Shown here piece after piece: positions 63,039 to 64,000 of a stretch of 64,000 nt of DNA. The translations under genes and the position numbers were made by a program. The first letter of the stretch is position 1. The number at the start of each line of letters is the position of its first letter. Origin of the DNA: Myxococcales bacterium (lineage in GTDB: Bacteria > Myxococcota_A > Polyangia > Polyangiales > Houyiibacteriaceae); contig JAOTYL010000001.1 in assembly GCA_029861865.1 (NCBI GenBank), positions 132,066-196,065 on the forward strand. Reading direction: 5' to 3'. The notes under the pieces are model-generated. The model ran no database searches. It had not been told where the DNA came from and was given only the letters and a program-made list of their open reading frames with translations.

Positions 63039-63362
63039 TTAGGTCGCGAAGCTCGAGCCACAACCGCAGGTCTGTTTCGCCTGGGGGTTGACGAACTTGA
63101 ACCCTGCACCCTGGAGGCCTTCGACGTAGTCGATCTCGGTGCCCTCGACGTACTGGGCGCTCATCATATCCACGTAGATCGGGATGCCATGAGACACGAA
63201 CGTTTGGTCTAGATCGGTCGTTTCGTCCTCGAAAAACAGGTCATACGAGAATCCGGCGCAACCACCCCCAATCACCCGCACGCGGAGCCCCTGCTCTTGG
63301 AGGCCCTCGGCCGTTCGGATTTCTTTGACCTTATCGGCAGCTTTCGGCGTCAGATTCAACAT
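63039..63362 (-). CDS. erpA: iron-sulfur cluster insertion protein ErpA/IscA (HesB family)
   Basis: 107 aa with GGGCAGFSY and C-terminal CGCGSSF. Confidence 0.85.
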   Translation of the reverse strand: MLNLTPKAADKVKEIRTAEGLQEQGLRVRVIGGGCAGFSYDLFFEDETTDLDQTFVSHGIPIYVDMMSAQYVEGTEIDYVEGLQGAGFKFVNPQAKQTCGCGSSFAT

Positions 63363-63424
63363 GGCGTTCCTTTAGCATCCAACTATAAGGTCGCGCCACC
63401 GATCCCGCTACTCCTCGGGTTCCG

Positions 63425-64000
63425 TTACGTCATCCCGGCCTTCCGGACCCCCGGGCTTTCTTCGACCGGTCCAGTGGGCACCGCGGGTCGCCCTTCGATG
63501 GTCCACTGCGTCGAATTCGCAGGCTCGTGGCCGCGCTTGAGATATCCGAGCCCGACGCTGTGGGCCCCGTCGCGGACGGCCGAGGTGACCTGACCGACCT
63601 TCGTTTGGCCCGACATGATGGTCGTTCGGGCCGCCGGGGGTTCCGGGCCTTCTATTTTCCATTGCCAAAGCACCTTGGGCGCTTTCCCTCGGTTCTCGAG
63701 CATGACCACGGTTTCTTGCCCGATGTAGCAACCCTTCACGAACGAAACCGCAACCGGGGTGAGGCCGCTTTCCTGTGGGTAGGTTTTCTCCCCAAAGTCG
63801 ATGCCGAACCGAGGCCGGCCCCTTCGAACGTGCGCACGGCTCCACGCTTCGTCACTCACCTCGCCTCCACCGAGCGCATTGGCCTGCGATACGATTCGGT
63901 CGTGCTCGGCGGGCATGTCGTCATTGGTGACCACCCATTGCCGACCTCCGACCCCAAGTCTGTCCGACGACCACCCCTCGCCATCGATCGAATCGCCTTT
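63425..64000 (-). CDS. ygfZ: YgfZ/GcvT-like folate-binding protein, C-terminal part (N-terminus lies beyond the window end)
   Basis: KGCYIGQETVVMLENRGK motif. The frame stays open from 63934 to 64000, so the gene is 5'-truncated by the window edge. Confidence 0.7.
   Translation of the reverse strand, partial: KGDSIDGEGWSSDRLGVGGRQWVVTNDDMPAEHDRIVSQANALGGGEVSDEAWSRAHVRRGRPRFGIDFGEKTYPQESGLTPVAVSFVKGCYIGQETVVMLENRGKAPKVLWQWKIEGPEPPAARTTIMSGQTKVGQVTSAVRDGAHSVGLGYLKRGHEPANSTQWTIEGRPAVPTGPVEESPGVRKAGMT

Noticed and set aside
1-64000. Search for a defence island, prophage, toxin-antitoxin pair, retron, or biosynthetic gene cluster.
   Set aside because: No integrase, transposase, reverse transcriptase, Cas, restriction-modification pair, phage structural gene, PKS/NRPS or recognisable toxin-antitoxin pair was found in any frame. 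The window is dominated by conserved housekeeping operons.

Overview
GC-rich bacterial chromosomal segment with strong GC3 bias. Gene content looks Myxococcota/deltaproteobacterium-like (TIGR02266-type PilZ domains, RpoN plus regulatory PTS cluster, large TPR proteins); this is inference only. All calls rest on motif recognition by eye; no searches or alignments were run. I support about 60 CDS, 3 tRNAs and 1 tRNA-like fragment. Most of the window is housekeeping: RNase HII-like and RNase HI genes; a GT2/deacetylase/manA group; mutT; rpoN-hpf-ptsN-hprK-rapZ-ptsH-ptsI; plsB; rplM-rpsI-argC; an M23 peptidase; thrS-infC, then rpmI-rplT-pheS-pheT-ihfA-merR-tRNA-Pro; surE-apt; an acyl-CoA dehydrogenase; a CHAD protein; HiPIP; a DsbD-like protein; an rpoH-like sigma factor with a 1691-aa TPR protein; erpA; ygfZ. 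I see no CRISPR array, Cas gene, integrase, transposase, reverse transcriptase, prophage or recognisable defence system. The most unusual structures are non-genic or architectural. (1) A 5.1-kb three-gene cassette (M19-dipeptidase-like lipoprotein, type III PLP decarboxylase, beta-barrel OMP) sits between infC and rpmI and is bounded by inverted hexanucleotide-repeat arrays. (2) A third array of the same hexamer family lies upstream of thrS; all three arrays end about 100-110 nt before a start codon. (3) A 5.1-kb esterase/LysR islet is bracketed by an intact tRNA-Val, a 38-bp direct repeat and a 3' tRNA-Val-like fragment. (4) A long-stem palindromic element occurs twice, each time starting at the TAG stop codon of the upstream gene (apt, ptsI). 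(5) Smaller oddities: a likely AUC start for infC, a degenerate GGDEF response regulator with a preserved I-site, a zinc ribbon lying upstream of any canonical start codon, and a TlpA-like protein without CXXC. None of these is demonstrated to be a new biological system. The cassette with its repeat termini is my best candidate for something undescribed.
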